Part shown: one piece after another, positions 1 to 16,659 of the stretch | Numbering within the stretch: the stretch's first letter is position 1 | How the letters are laid out: every line of letters starts with the position of its first letter | Source: Paraphysomonas bandaiensis | Lineage: Eukaryota > Protista > Chrysophyceae | Assembly: GCA_965644295.1 (NCBI GenBank) | Contig: CBFFRP010000143.1 | Coordinates: 1-64,000 of the forward strand | Direction of reading: 5' to 3' | Length of the DNA: 64,000 nt | The notes under the pieces: model-generated | Told to the model about the DNA's origin: nothing | Seen by the model: the letters and a program-made list of their open reading frames with translations, nothing else | Databases searched by the model: none | Program-made: the position numbers and the translations under genes

Positions 1-7
1 AATTGTA

Positions 8-2830
8 GTGGATGTAGCTTTATTTGACTCGGGATCGAGCAACGATAATTTTATTTCTAAGGAGTATTTGGATGAAGTTGGAGAAAAGTTAAAAAAGCAT
101 TTAGTGGAAAGGCCAATTCGAGTGAGAGTAGCCAATGGTAAAGAAGTTCAGATAAAGGGATATGTTCCTGTTACAATGCAGTTTAAGGATTGCGAAAAGA
201 TCTACAGTGCTAAGCTAAAGCTGTATGTGTTGGATGGATTGACTAAAGAAGTTATAATCGGTTTGCCAGCTATATGCGAGCACTTCGCAGAATTGTTTTG
301 TAAAATGGTTCAGTCTATGAGTAATGCGAATTCGGGTGATACTATAATGCATCTAAACTTGCTTGCTGGCGTGGAGTGTCAAATTAACTATTCGATAGAT
401 GATTTCGAAACTGACTATAACAAAATTACTAAAGTTCCTACACGAGTGCCATGGGGGAAGCCTAATGCAGGGGTTGCTCCGGAAGATGAGTTGATGCCAG
501 AACCTTGTTCATTTGGTGGACTTATAAATTTTATGGAGATGTCAGTGGAAGAGGCTGAGCAAGAGTACTTGAGCAAGTTGGAGGAGCGAATTCATCCTGA
601 ATTTGCGAAGCAGACAAAAGTTTTAGAGCTGTTGAGGACACTTGGAATGGAAGTATTTGTACCTAAAAAGTGGACTGGAATCAAGATGACGCCACTTAAA
701 CTCAAATGCAAGTCTACAATTCCAGATCGGATTAAACCGAAAAATATGCGAAGGGTTCCTCCGAAATTGTACGATCGGACCAAGCAGGAGTTTGAAAGAA
801 TGTTAAAGTATTTCTATAAGAAGAGTATGAGTCCATACGCTTCGCCTATTGTAGTTGCACCAAAGGCAACGAAACCTTTCATTAGGATATGTGGAGACTA
901 TCGCGTTGTCAATCTTGAGATGGAGAGTCCACACTTCCCGATTCCTGATGTAATCAAAGAGTTGCACAAGGCTGCAGGATATAAGGTTTTTGTTGACTTA
1001 GACATATGCAATGCATTTCATGGCATACCTCTGGATGAAAATACGTCAGCATTGTTGTCTGTACAAACACCGTGGGGCCAATTTGAGCCGAAGTTCTTGC
1101 CAGAAGGAGTGTCTCCGGCTAGTGGGGTGTTGATGATGGTAATGTCAGAGATATTCAGTGATTATACCGAATGGATGATTGTCATATTTGATAATATGCT
1201 GATATTAGCGAACGATTATAATGATGCGTACACCAAATTGGAATTGGTTCTAATACGTTGCAAAGAATACAATGTGGTGTTGAAGTTATCTAAGAGTAAG
1301 TTCGGATATTCTTCGGTGGAGTTCTTTGGATATTTGTGTCAAGATAATACCTATGCGCTGACGCAGGAACGAAAAGAATCTGTAAATTCAATTATATTTC
1401 CAGAAGGTGCAAATAAAACTAAACAAATGCAACGGTTTTTGGGAGCTGCAGTGTATTTCAAACCATTTATAGTGGACTACAGTCAGTTAACGCATCGGCT
1501 CAATGATATGACTAAAAAGGATTTTGATTGGACAGAAGCAAATTGGAAAGTAGACTATAGGAATGAGTTTGAAACGTTCAAAAAGGCCATACTAAAGTCT
1601 CTTACCTTGTATCACCCAGATTACAATTTGCGATGGTTGTTAATGACTGATGCTTCAGACTATGCCTGTGGTGGAGTGTTAATTCAGATTGCAATTTCAG
1701 ATGAGGGTGTAGAATTGTTTCAGGTCATTGCGTTGATATCGAAGAAGTTTACCGCCAATGCAATGAAATGGTCTATCATTGATAAGGAGTGTTTCGGAGC
1801 GTTTTACAGCATCTATAAACTGTCGTATTACGTGCGGGGCAAACACTTTACACTTCTTACTGATCATGCTAATCTGAAGTGGATGGAGCAATCAGAGGTG
1901 GATCGTATCGTACGTATGCGTGTGTATATGCAGAATTTTCAGTTTGACTTATTACACTTCAAAGGCAAACTGAATAAATTTGCAGATTGGTTGTCTCGCC
2001 AAGGTGCTGCTGATGATACAGTCGCTCTGGTTTCAGTTTTGGATTCATGTATACACTGCGCAGAGGAGAGTGAAATGCCTGAACTGAACTGTATATATGA
2101 GAATGGGTGTTTATTGTCAGATGATGAAATATTTAACATAGAGAGCACAACAGAGCCAGATGTCATAGATATGTTGTGTATGTCTGTATTTCCGGAATCA
2201 GTGTTGCTGGATTTAGAGGAGCTGATTCAGGAGAGCCCAAAGCCTCGTTCAGCAAAGGAAGCCTTCGACATGGTACACAATGGTCGAATGGGACACCATG
2301 GATTGCGTAGAACATGGTTAAAATTATGCAAAGTCTTTCCTGGACATGGTATCTCTATAGAGACTGTACGTAACTTTATTGATGAGTGCGCTTTATGTCA
2401 GAAGTTGAACAGTGGTATGTCCGATTCGTTACAAGCGCCTGTCAGAGCTTTGGATGCAGAACATTGCAGACATTTTGTGGGTTTCGACACACTTACAGTC
2501 AGTCCTCCTGATGCTCAGGGACACTGTTGCATACATGTTGTGAAGCAAATGCCAGCCCGATTGATAGGACTCTACCCAGCTAAGGACTATAGAGCGGAAG
2601 GAGTTGCTAGAGCGTTGTTTCATTACTTTGTTACTTATGGAATTTCAGAAGTACTGATTTCAGACCCTGGGTCAAACATTACTGCTGAAGTGGTACAGTT
2701 ATTGTTGAAGTGGTTTGGAGTTCGATTTCGAGTGTCATTAACTAATCGTCATGAGTCTAATATGGTCGAGCGATCTCATCGAGAGCTGTTGCGATTTCTA
2801 CAGGGTTTAGTCCACGATGAGAGGTTACGT
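8..2830 (+). mobile_element. pol: Ty3/Gypsy LTR retrotransposon pol (PR-RT-RNaseH-IN), cut by the window edge at 5' and truncated within the integrase
   Basis: ORF 8..2890: protease ALFDSGS; RT motifs (ICGDYRVVN, DLDICNAF, PEGVSPA, IFDN, FFGY); RNase H (TDASD, DKEC, TDH, ADWLSR); integrase HHCC (HNGRMGH..CALC) and D,D,E (GFDT, ISDPG, VERSH). Domain order PR-RT-RH-IN is Ty3/Gypsy. Confidence 0.95.
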
Positions 2831-3432
2831 GGTCACAGATCAAGGTCTACACTACTCCGAGAAGTCTGTTACATTAACTGGATTCGCTGACAGTGATTGG
2901 GCACGCTGCAACTTAACTCGCAGGTCGACCACAGCGTTCTGCTTCTTTATTGAAAATTGTCTTATTTCCTGGAAATCACGACTCCAGACCACTGTTGCTC
3001 TATATCCTCTACAGAAGCGGAGTACATGGCACACTATCAACAGCATGCCAAAAAGCTATTTGGCTACGTCCACTACTCTCGGAATTGGGCCCTCACATGC
3101 CATACTCAACAACCTTATGGTGTGACAAAGGTGTAATTCAACTATGCCTAAACCCTGTAAACCATCGACGAACAAAACATATTATTGCCATCAGATATAA
3201 TTCCATAAGAGAACAAGTCGCCTCGCACTCTTTTACTGTTGATTACATGCCTACAAACGAGATGCTGGCCGATATTCTAACTAAACCTCTCACATCAAAC
3301 ACGTTCCACAGATTGCGGGATTCACTAATGTGGGGGGGGGGAGGCATCAACATACCTGCAAGCAATAAAAAAACAAGACTATCAATCCTACGGGCAGAGA
3401 ACTCAAACAAGAGACCACGATGGATGACTTAG
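2826..3432 (+). pseudogene. Ty1/Copia pol C-terminal remnant (end of RT plus RNase H), frameshifted
   Basis: GFADSDWA..RRSTT..ISWKSRLQTTVAL / STEAEY / AIWLR..L / HRRTKHI.IRY..IRE / MLADILTKPL spread over several frames. Confidence 0.92.
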
Positions 3433-3572
3433 AGATCTACGGAGTTTCCTACGAGTATCAGTATAATCCACAATCTGGGATTGCACTCGTGGGATTTACC
3501 CTCAGTAGAACTATCTCCAAATAATATATACACCTATATTCATAAATCTATAAGTCATATGATTATTTCATT

Positions 3573-3877
3573 GAGGGGGAGTATTTAGATTCATTGATTC
3601 ACGTATACCCCTTAATGCGTAAATACAACACATGTATACAATGAAATAATATCAAATAGACTGAATAATTACCAAACTATATATATATGATACGCGACTG
3701 TACAAGATACGCACATGTGTGCGGTGCTAACGCTCTGTTCAAACGTGTCTGCTGTTGTACTATTAGGCTTTACCCTTCATGTGAAGTTTATATATACATT
3801 AATCTTTATCTCTAAAAATACGAAGTGCATTTTTACTACAGCTTAAACTCTTATTTTTTACTTCTAGCACTGCAACA
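3573..3877 (+). repeat. Polypurine tract and putative 3' LTR of the Copia relic
   Basis: GAGGGGGAG (3573-3581) immediately followed by TATT.. (degenerate TGTT) and ending in ..CAACA at 3877, downstream of Copia RNase H. Confidence 0.6.
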
Positions 3878-3915
3878 TTAAATATATCCAAGTATATTGT
3901 GAAATTACTGAAAAC

Positions 3916-4681
3916 CAGGGCTAGGAAACAATATATTGCAATACTATTGTTAGAGAGCGTTCAATCAATACTATTGATGGAGATTTTAAACAGGCCCAAC
4001 AGTACAATTACAATATATTGCAATATATTAGTATGACTAATCAGTAAGTAAACACATCCGTAGATTCCATTTTTAGTGTTAGTCATTAAGATCACATGAC
4101 AACCAAACCAACTACTGCTTATAGCTACTAAAAATCCACCTCGTCCTCATCCTCTGAGCCATCATCGGTGACGTCAACATCACCATATTCATCCACAAAA
4201 TTTATTGAAATATGCTAGTAATCGGCCACAACTGTCGAATCGCTTTCAGACACAACAGCATATTAATTAGGTTGGATACTTTTCGAAACACTGATATAAT
4301 ATGTTTAGCTGCGCTGAACAGACGCTCCCATGTATTGGAAGTACATACCAGGGCCTGGTAACCGTTAATGACTCGTGGACCTGTACGTTTCTTAAGTTTT
4401 TGAGCTGACTGAAGATTTTTAGCCGCATACTCAACATCAGCTTCATCATCCTCTGTAATCTTTTAATCAATTTCTCGGTTATTTATATCCATTTTGCACC
4501 CTACAGTTGAGAATCGTAATATATGACTATCATAATATTGATTGCAATATATTGTGAGATACTTTAACAGAAACAATATTGATGGGATTTTTGGCCGGTC
4601 GACCAATCAATATAGTTTACAATATATTGCAATATATCGTACAATGTATTGCAATTCAATATACTGTTTCCTATAGCCCTG
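3916..4681 (-). mobile_element. Internally deleted non-autonomous hAT transposon with 8-bp TSD
   Basis: TIRs CAGGGCTAGGAAACA / TGTTTCCTATAGCCCTG; exact TSD CTGAAAAC at 3908-3915 and 4682-4689; subterminal ATATTGCAATA repeats; minus-strand remnant ..CTSNTWERLFSAAKHII.. of the hAT dimerisation domain. Confidence 0.9.
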
Positions 4682-5467
4682 CTGAAAACATATATATTGA
4701 GTTGTTGAGCGACAAAAAACCTATTGTTGTAGTATTGCAATATGTTAGCTTAGAAAACTGAAGCTACATTATAGAGTAAGTCAGTTTATAGTTTATAGAC
4801 CAGCTAATATATTTAGTGAATATAGAGTTGTAATGCAGGGAACAATATCGAATATCGAACGCTGTTAGAATTCGACGTTTTTAACTGAAGTGAACCTTGC
4901 TCTACACGTAAACCATAACCTTGTATTGTTGCACACAATGCACTTTTAAGAATTATAGTCGCTCATCAATGTCAACACGTCATAACATAGCAATGTAACA
5001 CCTGGTGAACATCTGTTCTCAGTTCTCAGCAACATCTGTTTATCATATGTTCACCAGCCACTCCTACATCTTATACAGCACACATCGGTAACTAAATTAA
5101 CTTCCTTATTCCCCCATTACACCTATGAGTTAATTTCATCTATTTCACACTATTAACTCACTTCAACTGCACAATATATATATCGCATCATACTGCAAAA
5201 CAAAACGCAATTACTACAAGTTTAACCTGAGGTAAATGAAGCAGTGCAGTTCCATCATATCTGATAAACTGTTTATTATATCGAATAAAAAGATCATTAC
5301 CAGTCATTGCAGTTGACAGGGGTTGCGCCTAACATCAAAACATAGCACGGTGCGTCGATAATTAGTAACACGAACACACATCGTTATGTTATCAAAACTA
5401 TTGCAACCGCTACCAATGCGCGAGAATTTAAACCACATCGCATAAACGCCTTCCTCTTAATTCCTAT

Positions 5468-9264
<3,797 letters not shown>

Positions 9265-10231
9265 ACTAGGGCTCTCCCTCGTACAGTACATCGATTCGTT
9301 TCATACTAACACCCTTTTTTTTTATTCCGCCATTTACCATCCAGCTCTTTATCAACTGCATTATTCTAAAGGTATATTGATATCATGCAACCCCAAAATA
9401 TTCTACATAACATATATTATTCCTCACAACCACCATTTTGCTCGCGGATTGGAAAACATGTGGATATAAAATACATTGAAGCTTTGATTTATTAAAATGT
9501 AGAGCTTGTTTAAGAATCAGTTGTAATGATTACAATTTAGGAATTGTTGACATTAGCACAAGTCAACAAGCTGGATAAATTGGTTGTTTTCAAGCCTCTA
9601 ATGCGTATTATCAGTGATAAAAATTAGATAACTCAATAATAATGAGTAAAAATTATAATCATAATCACTTATCTTCAATAGTCACGATCTTTTAGTCACT
9701 ATATTTAAGCTTGTCCCAACTATCTCGTAGTGCATCATTAAATTTCATGTAATATTGCCTCTGGCTACTATATTATTCAAGTAATGGTTATATTTTGATT
9801 GATCAATATCGCCATAGTCAACAATACTTTGGAGAGCTTCATATTTCTTGTCGCATAACACGACAAAGTAGATTGTACATTCTGGTATGTAAGGGATAAG
9901 GGAGGTGTACGAAAATGAACATTTGAACATTTCTACTGTTAGTGCTGTCTCTGCAGTTGAGTACGTCCAAGTTGTTTTGTTAGTAGAAGTATCGTAGTAT
10001 TTTATCCATATCAGCGGTATATAGTATAGAGTATAAAGTCATTTGCTACCAACTCTAGGGTTCGAATAACTGAGGTACGACAATGAATTATGATGGTATT
10101 ATGATATCACTTCACTATAACTTGTAAGAACTATTGGTGGCTGCAATTTACACAGGGCGTCTCCCTATTGCTTGGCTACATCTATCTGATTGGTACGAAC
10201 TGGGAGAAATGAAGGTAGACTCCCATGGCTT

Positions 10232-11895
10232 CTAACCATAACGCCTTCCATGTGAGGACCGACGGTCATATCTTCCACCTGACCTGCCTGCAGTGTTCCT
10301 GCTACTATATTGCTGATACTGGTGCATAGGATAAGCGTCATGACCACCGTAATATCCTTCGCCTGTCCCAGTACCATGTCCCGTATGTGAATGATGATGA
10401 GAGCCAGGGGGATACCATGGCGCGGCGGTTCCCACTGGTCGAGAAGAAGCTACAGGTTGTTGCTGTCTCCCATCTTGCATACTGGAGGAATTCTTCGAGG
10501 GTGTAGAGAGTTTGTTACTGTAATCTGTCACGTCCTCAACTTCAATATCCGCAGAGGACGCTTCGTCACCAGGAACAGACGGGCAAAACTCAGGAGCCGT
10601 GGCTTTGAGTTGGTTGGATATTTGTTGCTGATGATGTTCCGCCATCATCTGCTGGTAAAGATGTTGGTCATGCATATATTGCTGGGCATCATACAGACCA
10701 CCACCACCTTCAGGCCCTGTCATAATCGGATGCACCGGCATTCCCTGCAGAATCCGATGTCAGTACAATGGCAACATGCTTGTAATACAGGATAGAGCTT
10801 CAGCTCCAACATATGATTTACTATATTTATATGGCATTTTGAGAATATGTAATTGTACAAAAATAATAATTCTGAGTGTAGAAAACATACCGGATAGTAT
10901 GCATCATAGTCGTAATATCCTGCTGCGACACCCTGGAACCCTGGCGGTGTTTCACTACCTTCAATATACGGTGCCCCATAGTTATATTCCGCTACTTCAT
11001 TTCTATGTCTTCCACGTCCACCCCTCCCTCTACCACGACCACGTGACCCATTCTGTGCCGCTGGGTTTCTTGCTGTACGTTGATAGCTTGAAGAAGTAGA
11101 AGAGTCCGTGGTTTGCACAGTAGTAGATTCATTAGACATCGTCTGCTCTACTTTGCCGTCATTTTTGGACGGTGTGAACATTTTTTTCCCCCCGACTCTT
11201 CCTCCCCGACTCCTAGCACCCCGTTCACTACTCCGCCCAAGCTCGTTTCTTGCCAAGCCAGTCTCTTCTACAGAAGTATTGACGTCATTAGGTAGTTCTG
11301 AAGTCGCCTTGGATTCACCGGAGCCACCCTCCCGCACTCCGGGGCCCAACTTTCCTCCTCTACCTCGCTGACCCCTTCGAGATTGAGATTTCCTATTATG
11401 TTGCTGCTGACCTCCGGAGTTTCTGCTCGACGAACGAGGTGACCCCTTTGGTGATGGACTAATTTCTAAAGATTCTAACTGTTCTAACTCGTCAAACTTA
11501 TCATGTTTCCAAGCCATTTCTGTACTAGCCAATTTTTTCGACTTTGCATCACTACGTTTCTGTCCGCCTTTGCCGCCTCTATCATCATGGAGAAAAAAAC
11601 GAGAACTCCGCGGCACAAAATCAGGACTTTTCGGAAATCGTGTAGGTTTGGCACCCTTTGATTGGCCTTTCTTACCAGATGTTGCCTTGTCTTGCACACT
11701 CACAGGCTCTCCTGCCTCCTCCGACTCTTCTTGTGGCTCATCTGTGACATCTTCAGACACAGACTCTTCAGAGGGAGAAGAACAGTCACTGTCTGCATCA
11801 TCTTCATCATCTGACCCACTCTCTACCTCATCATCAACATCATCGTCATCATTATCATCACCAGCATACAACACACGGCGACGGCGACCACTCAT
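10232..11895 (-). CDS. CASC3: CASC3/Barentsz (Btz/MLN51) domain protein, exon junction complex component
   Basis: PDFVPRSSRFFLHDDRG...WKHDKFDELE (Btz/SELOR motif), acidic N-terminus, RGG tracts, PAM2-like LKATAPEFCP; at least one intron near 10746-10889. Confidence 0.8.
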
Positions 11896-13191
11896 GTTCA
11901 GACAATCAAAGAAATAGTTGGAGGTAAGGATATATCCTAGACACGGCACGGGATTAATGTGTGGTGGCTAGTTTAGTTATACTACTCAATGCTTGCAAGA
12001 GTATATATAGTTGTGCTATTAGTTTAATTATAGGCTTTGTCGTTGCTATGCATTGAGACTGTATACGGTGTTGCATATACGGTTTGTAGTATATATGGTT
12101 GTACTTCTGTACATAGCTTCAGTCGCTCTGTACTGCTGCAGTAGATGGAGAGTATCCCGGTATTCTTCTCTGCATTTTATACTATTTTTGAACACATGAA
12201 GACTGTGCGGCTGTTGTATACCATAAACTGCAAAATCAATTTATAGAAATATAGAAACCTCGAAATCTAGAAATATTGAATAAATGGAATGGGGTGAACC
12301 GAGCAGGAATATAGCAGTCCTTCTGACCGCTGTTGAACGAAGCACAGACAATTCAGGAGAGGAAATTTCTCTCTATCCGCTCTGATTAATGGTGCTTTCC
12401 ACTAAACATACCATTGATGCAACAGCTGAAGATAAGAAATTGTCGGTAGTCTTCATTGACTAGGTATTATTGCGTCGCTCCTTGACTGAGATGATATTCA
12501 TTCTTCGGTATCGTGGGTGTATCGGCTGATATATCGCACATGAAGAGGTGTTATGTTTGTACTATTCATCATATATCGTTGGTCCAATATATCAAGAGAC
12601 CATCAGATTACCCGCCATAATTGAGTGCGGTTATATATTTGGTGGGGTGTTGCCTTTCCATTCACACATACAGAGTAATCCATGTTACGCATTTTGTATG
12701 TACAGCCAGACACCATTATTATGAGGGTACCATATGACACAAACCTAAGAGCAGATCAAACGAAGCATTGCAAACTGGGCTTCCTTGGTATTGCTATATG
12801 ATAGCTCGCTTGTACTCACCTACACAATTAAATGAATAGTCTGTTATGCAATTTACTTTTTCAAATTCTTATACTCCCCCATTTACAGTTATTGTGTTTT
12901 CTGTTGAATATCGGTGCTTTATTTTATTGATGTACAAATATTACGATACATATGTTTTCTGTGTTCTATGATTACTTGGCAGATATTTAACATACATGGT
13001 AGGTATAGCTTATAGCTATTGTTGGACATTTCAGTATGTCTACAACCTGAGCAATAGTGCAATCTGACTTCTTCGTAACTCTGCCTCATAGGAAAACACA
13101 TCACTAGAATAGTGTCAGTCCTGTAGGGTAGAAGTAGCTGAAACGTGTGTAGTAGTAGTATGCAGTAAAACATATATTAAAAGTTAAAACA

Positions 13192-14354
13192 TTATGCTTC
13201 CCAGCTATGTGAACACTCCAGACATGTAATGAAAACAGTAAATCTATCAACAATTGGCTTCCTTCTCATCTGATACATTGTGCAATTGGAACTTTTGCAG
13301 CTAAGAACAAATATAAATACCATCAGAAATTCATAGATTACATGATAAAGTATACCTTGGGCAGTTGAATGCTTTCGTGGGAACGCATCCAGGATGTTGA
13401 TATTGACGATTCATGGTTGTTCCCTCATGTACCTGCTCCCAGCATGCTGTATAGACAAAAACACAGACCGTTTGAGATATTGCGATGATATGGAGGAAAA
13501 TGACACAACACATAAATATAATACGGAAGTTACTGGTAACTTTAATACACGCTTGCTTTATCAATGTATACGAAAATAGTATATGACTTCTACACCTTGT
13601 GACGCATCCAATCGCTGTCTCTTCCTATCAGCGGTTGCGAGATGTTTTCGGTCCATACGGACAAGATCATCTGTATTAAGAAAACCAGATCGCAGTTCTT
13701 CTGTAAGCTCGACATTGCGACTAAGGTTGTAGAGTAAACTGCGACACTTCTGCGTGTACATTCTGTTTATCTGACACTGGCAGAAAGAGAAAAGACTACT
13801 CTCTACAGTTCGGGCGAGTGATAGTGACAATGAACACCTCTCACGGAAGGACTTCACACACCTTTCCCGTGACAATTTCACCTGATTTCAGACATAGATG
13901 ACACATATCAATGGCGTAGTGCGAACGGAAGCACCTGGATATCTACCCAGCGGCGACAAACTTTATCGACTATAACGAACTCTAGAATCAGAGAAACGAC
14001 CTTCGTATATGATAACGTTATCAATGTAACCAGGAGAAATATGTGGCGTCTCACCTCATCTGGAAGGACATCGAATCCGCAATGATACCTCCTACTAGAC
14101 CATCAGTACACATCAACACCACACCATATCCTCACATCTGTATTTTATCTTCTACAGCCGGTAAGATGTCGGCTTCTTCGCTTCTGTCAGGTGATTTATC
14201 ACTTATCCTTCCTTCTCTAATATTCTCTGGTCCAGCGCACTGCTATACATGAATCGTATACACATTCAGGAAATTTAATGAAACTTAGCTATATACATAC
14301 TGGTGCTACATGATCGACGACTTCCGATATACTGGACTCCTGACGCGTACACAT
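13192..14354 (-). CDS. TFIIS-like protein (central domain plus C-terminal Zn ribbon), multi-exon
   Basis: YTQKCRSLLYNLSRN..L...LRSG..TDDLVRMDRKHLAT (TFIIS_M); spliced C-terminus FNCPSCKSSNCTMYQMRRKPIVDRFTVFITCLECSHSWEA*; start position approximate. Confidence 0.75.
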
Positions 14355-14699
14355 GATATCGGAAAACACACTATACTGGTATTTGTCTCACTCTACACAT
14401 GGAACTCAGTGTGATGGATTCGTTATTATCTGAACAGCTGTACATGCAGTACATTCGCCTGGACTCTCTGCTGTACGTTCGTAGTACGTTCCAACAGTTT
14501 TCCGTGTATTGTGGACTTTTTTACATGTCAGTCCATAAAAACTCCGATTTCCGCATTATATGTCGTTTCTTGGCTACAATGTACGAAGTATTTATGTCCC
14601 ATATGAACAGGCAGTCCCTTGACTCGCACCTTCTCTAACTCGCAGAGCTATACTGTGCTATGCAACGCATTCGGTATTGTAATCGCCTTGTTGTGCTTA

Positions 14700-16007
14700 A
14701 TTTACCATCCCTGTATTCATCTCGAGCCTGAGTCTTGCTAGAAGATGTATGCGAGGGTCTCATATACGGTGATGTCATGCATGACCTGAAGGGACCTGAA
14801 CGACCCGTATGCCTCCAAACATGATATCTATAGAACACGGATATAATTACACACATAAGCTGTATAATTCTAATCATGTTCAGTGAGGTTGAAACGGATA
14901 GTATCATCAAAGATCTTCAAGAAGAGAACACATTACTGCGTCTTGAGAGAGCTGAGCATCAGAAAAATATCAATCAGCTCATATCAGCACTCGAAAAACA
15001 AAAATTAGATCAGGATGAGATGGTCTGTAAGAACTCTATTGAAAGTGTTCATAAAGAGGAGAAGATAAAGATGCTTGAAAAAAATCTCCAGACACTAAAT
15101 AATGTGAAATCTGAGGAATTACGTAAAGTACAAGCGAGGTTCTGATTCTATATAGTATAGTCTGAAGATCCCTAAGTCTAATGGGTGGTTAGGTATGAAA
15201 ACCTCATGACACGGTATACTGAGCTTCAGCAAAAGCTGATGAGTGAAAGAGATGTGCACAAATTATCAACTCTACATCTAAAGGGGAAAATTTTGGAGCT
15301 TGAAGGGGAAATTATACGAGAGAGAACGAGTGACAGTAAAGAAAGAGCGTCTGGTCTTGATAATGGTAAGAATCTCTATTTGAAGTAATGAATAAGTATT
15401 TATTAAGGATCTAATTCGTGTTCGACTGAGACCACGTCACATGAATGTACTGTGACATCAGACACCATGACCTGTGGCACACAAACCTGTAGTATTACGA
15501 GTGAAGAGGGTGGAGAGTCCGGGCAAAGCGACATTAATGTAGCCATAGGCGAGCGAAACTATTGGCGACGTAAAGCACTCTCACTTCAGCGCGAGATTGA
15601 TAAGTGTTCGCCGACACTTCGTACAGACAAACTGCAACGAATGCTCGCTCACGTGGTGGCGGAGAATGGTCAACTCAGGGGCCGCATTGAAGTAAGTGGA
15701 ACATACATTACGGATTGTGTTAAGTTGGTGTAATCGATGTTATCAGAATTTGTTATGTGAACTTGAGAGCTATGTCTCGGATGTGTCAAGTAGAGGTGTG
15801 GTTGGACGACGACTTTTTGATGGAAGCTTGATATCTGGTCACTCTAGTCGAAGAGCTGACCAAAAAAATGACTCACACGAAAAATCAGCTTCTCTTTGCA
15901 CCACGTATTTTGCATCATTTTTCCACATGTTTTCTTTTACTTCTTCTAAAAATTGCGTAGGCAGTCATGGAAGTTTTGCCGAAGTTCCTTTACTCAATGA
16001 GGAATGA
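14700..16007 (+). CDS. Hypothetical coiled-coil protein, multi-exon
   Basis: Successive Glu/Lys/Leu-rich heptad ORFs (14876, 15185, 15452, 15696) separated by short GT-AG introns; start uncertain. Confidence 0.6.
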
Positions 16008-16187
16008 CAGTAAACAATTTTCTATAGAGGACTGAAAATAATTATATGTAGTACAGAATACAAAAATACATTGGCGTTTGTAGTATTATTTGCTGTCAAT
16101 GCCTAGCTTTAAAGAATCAACTTGTTGCATGGACGTCTTAATTAGTTGGAATTTGAATTGGTAGTATAAATTGTATAAATTATAAAT

Positions 16188-16270
16188 CAGGGCTAGGAAA
16201 TAACATATTGCAAAATATAAAATATATGATTGGTCGACTGTCAAAAGAATTCACCAGTATTGTTAAGCTG
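16188..16270. mobile_element. Solo terminus of the hAT family seen at 3916
   Basis: CAGGGCTAGGAAATAACATATTGCAAAATA matches the TIR at 3916; the following ATTGGTCGAC matches the inverse of the subterminal region near 4597-4607. Confidence 0.55.
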
Positions 16271-16659
16271 TGTACGAAAAAACTTTGATGTAATAATTAA
16301 CTATCCTCCACTGACGTAGTTTCAGTAGCATTGACTTCATGCTTTGGTGTCATTGACATGATATATCTATATAGCTTAGAATACTGATCAAGCAGTCATA
16401 TTCTTTAATCACTGAAGGTTATATTGAACATTCAACTATGATGCAACTCCCCAAGCAAGATGAAAAAAATATTATAAAACACGAATTCGCTCTTTGTATT
16501 CGACAGAGCAGTAACTAAGCTGTTATTATTCACTATCATATAATGAACATAACAAAACGATATATTTTTCACGATTTCCATCACCAAAACTCAAAAAAAC
16601 GCTCAAGTAATTTTCATTGTAACACCAGCACCATCGCACGTGGTTACTAAATCGCCAGC

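Noticed and set aside
12200-13173. Possible additional minus-strand gene
   Set aside because: Only short ORFs; no coherent exon chain found
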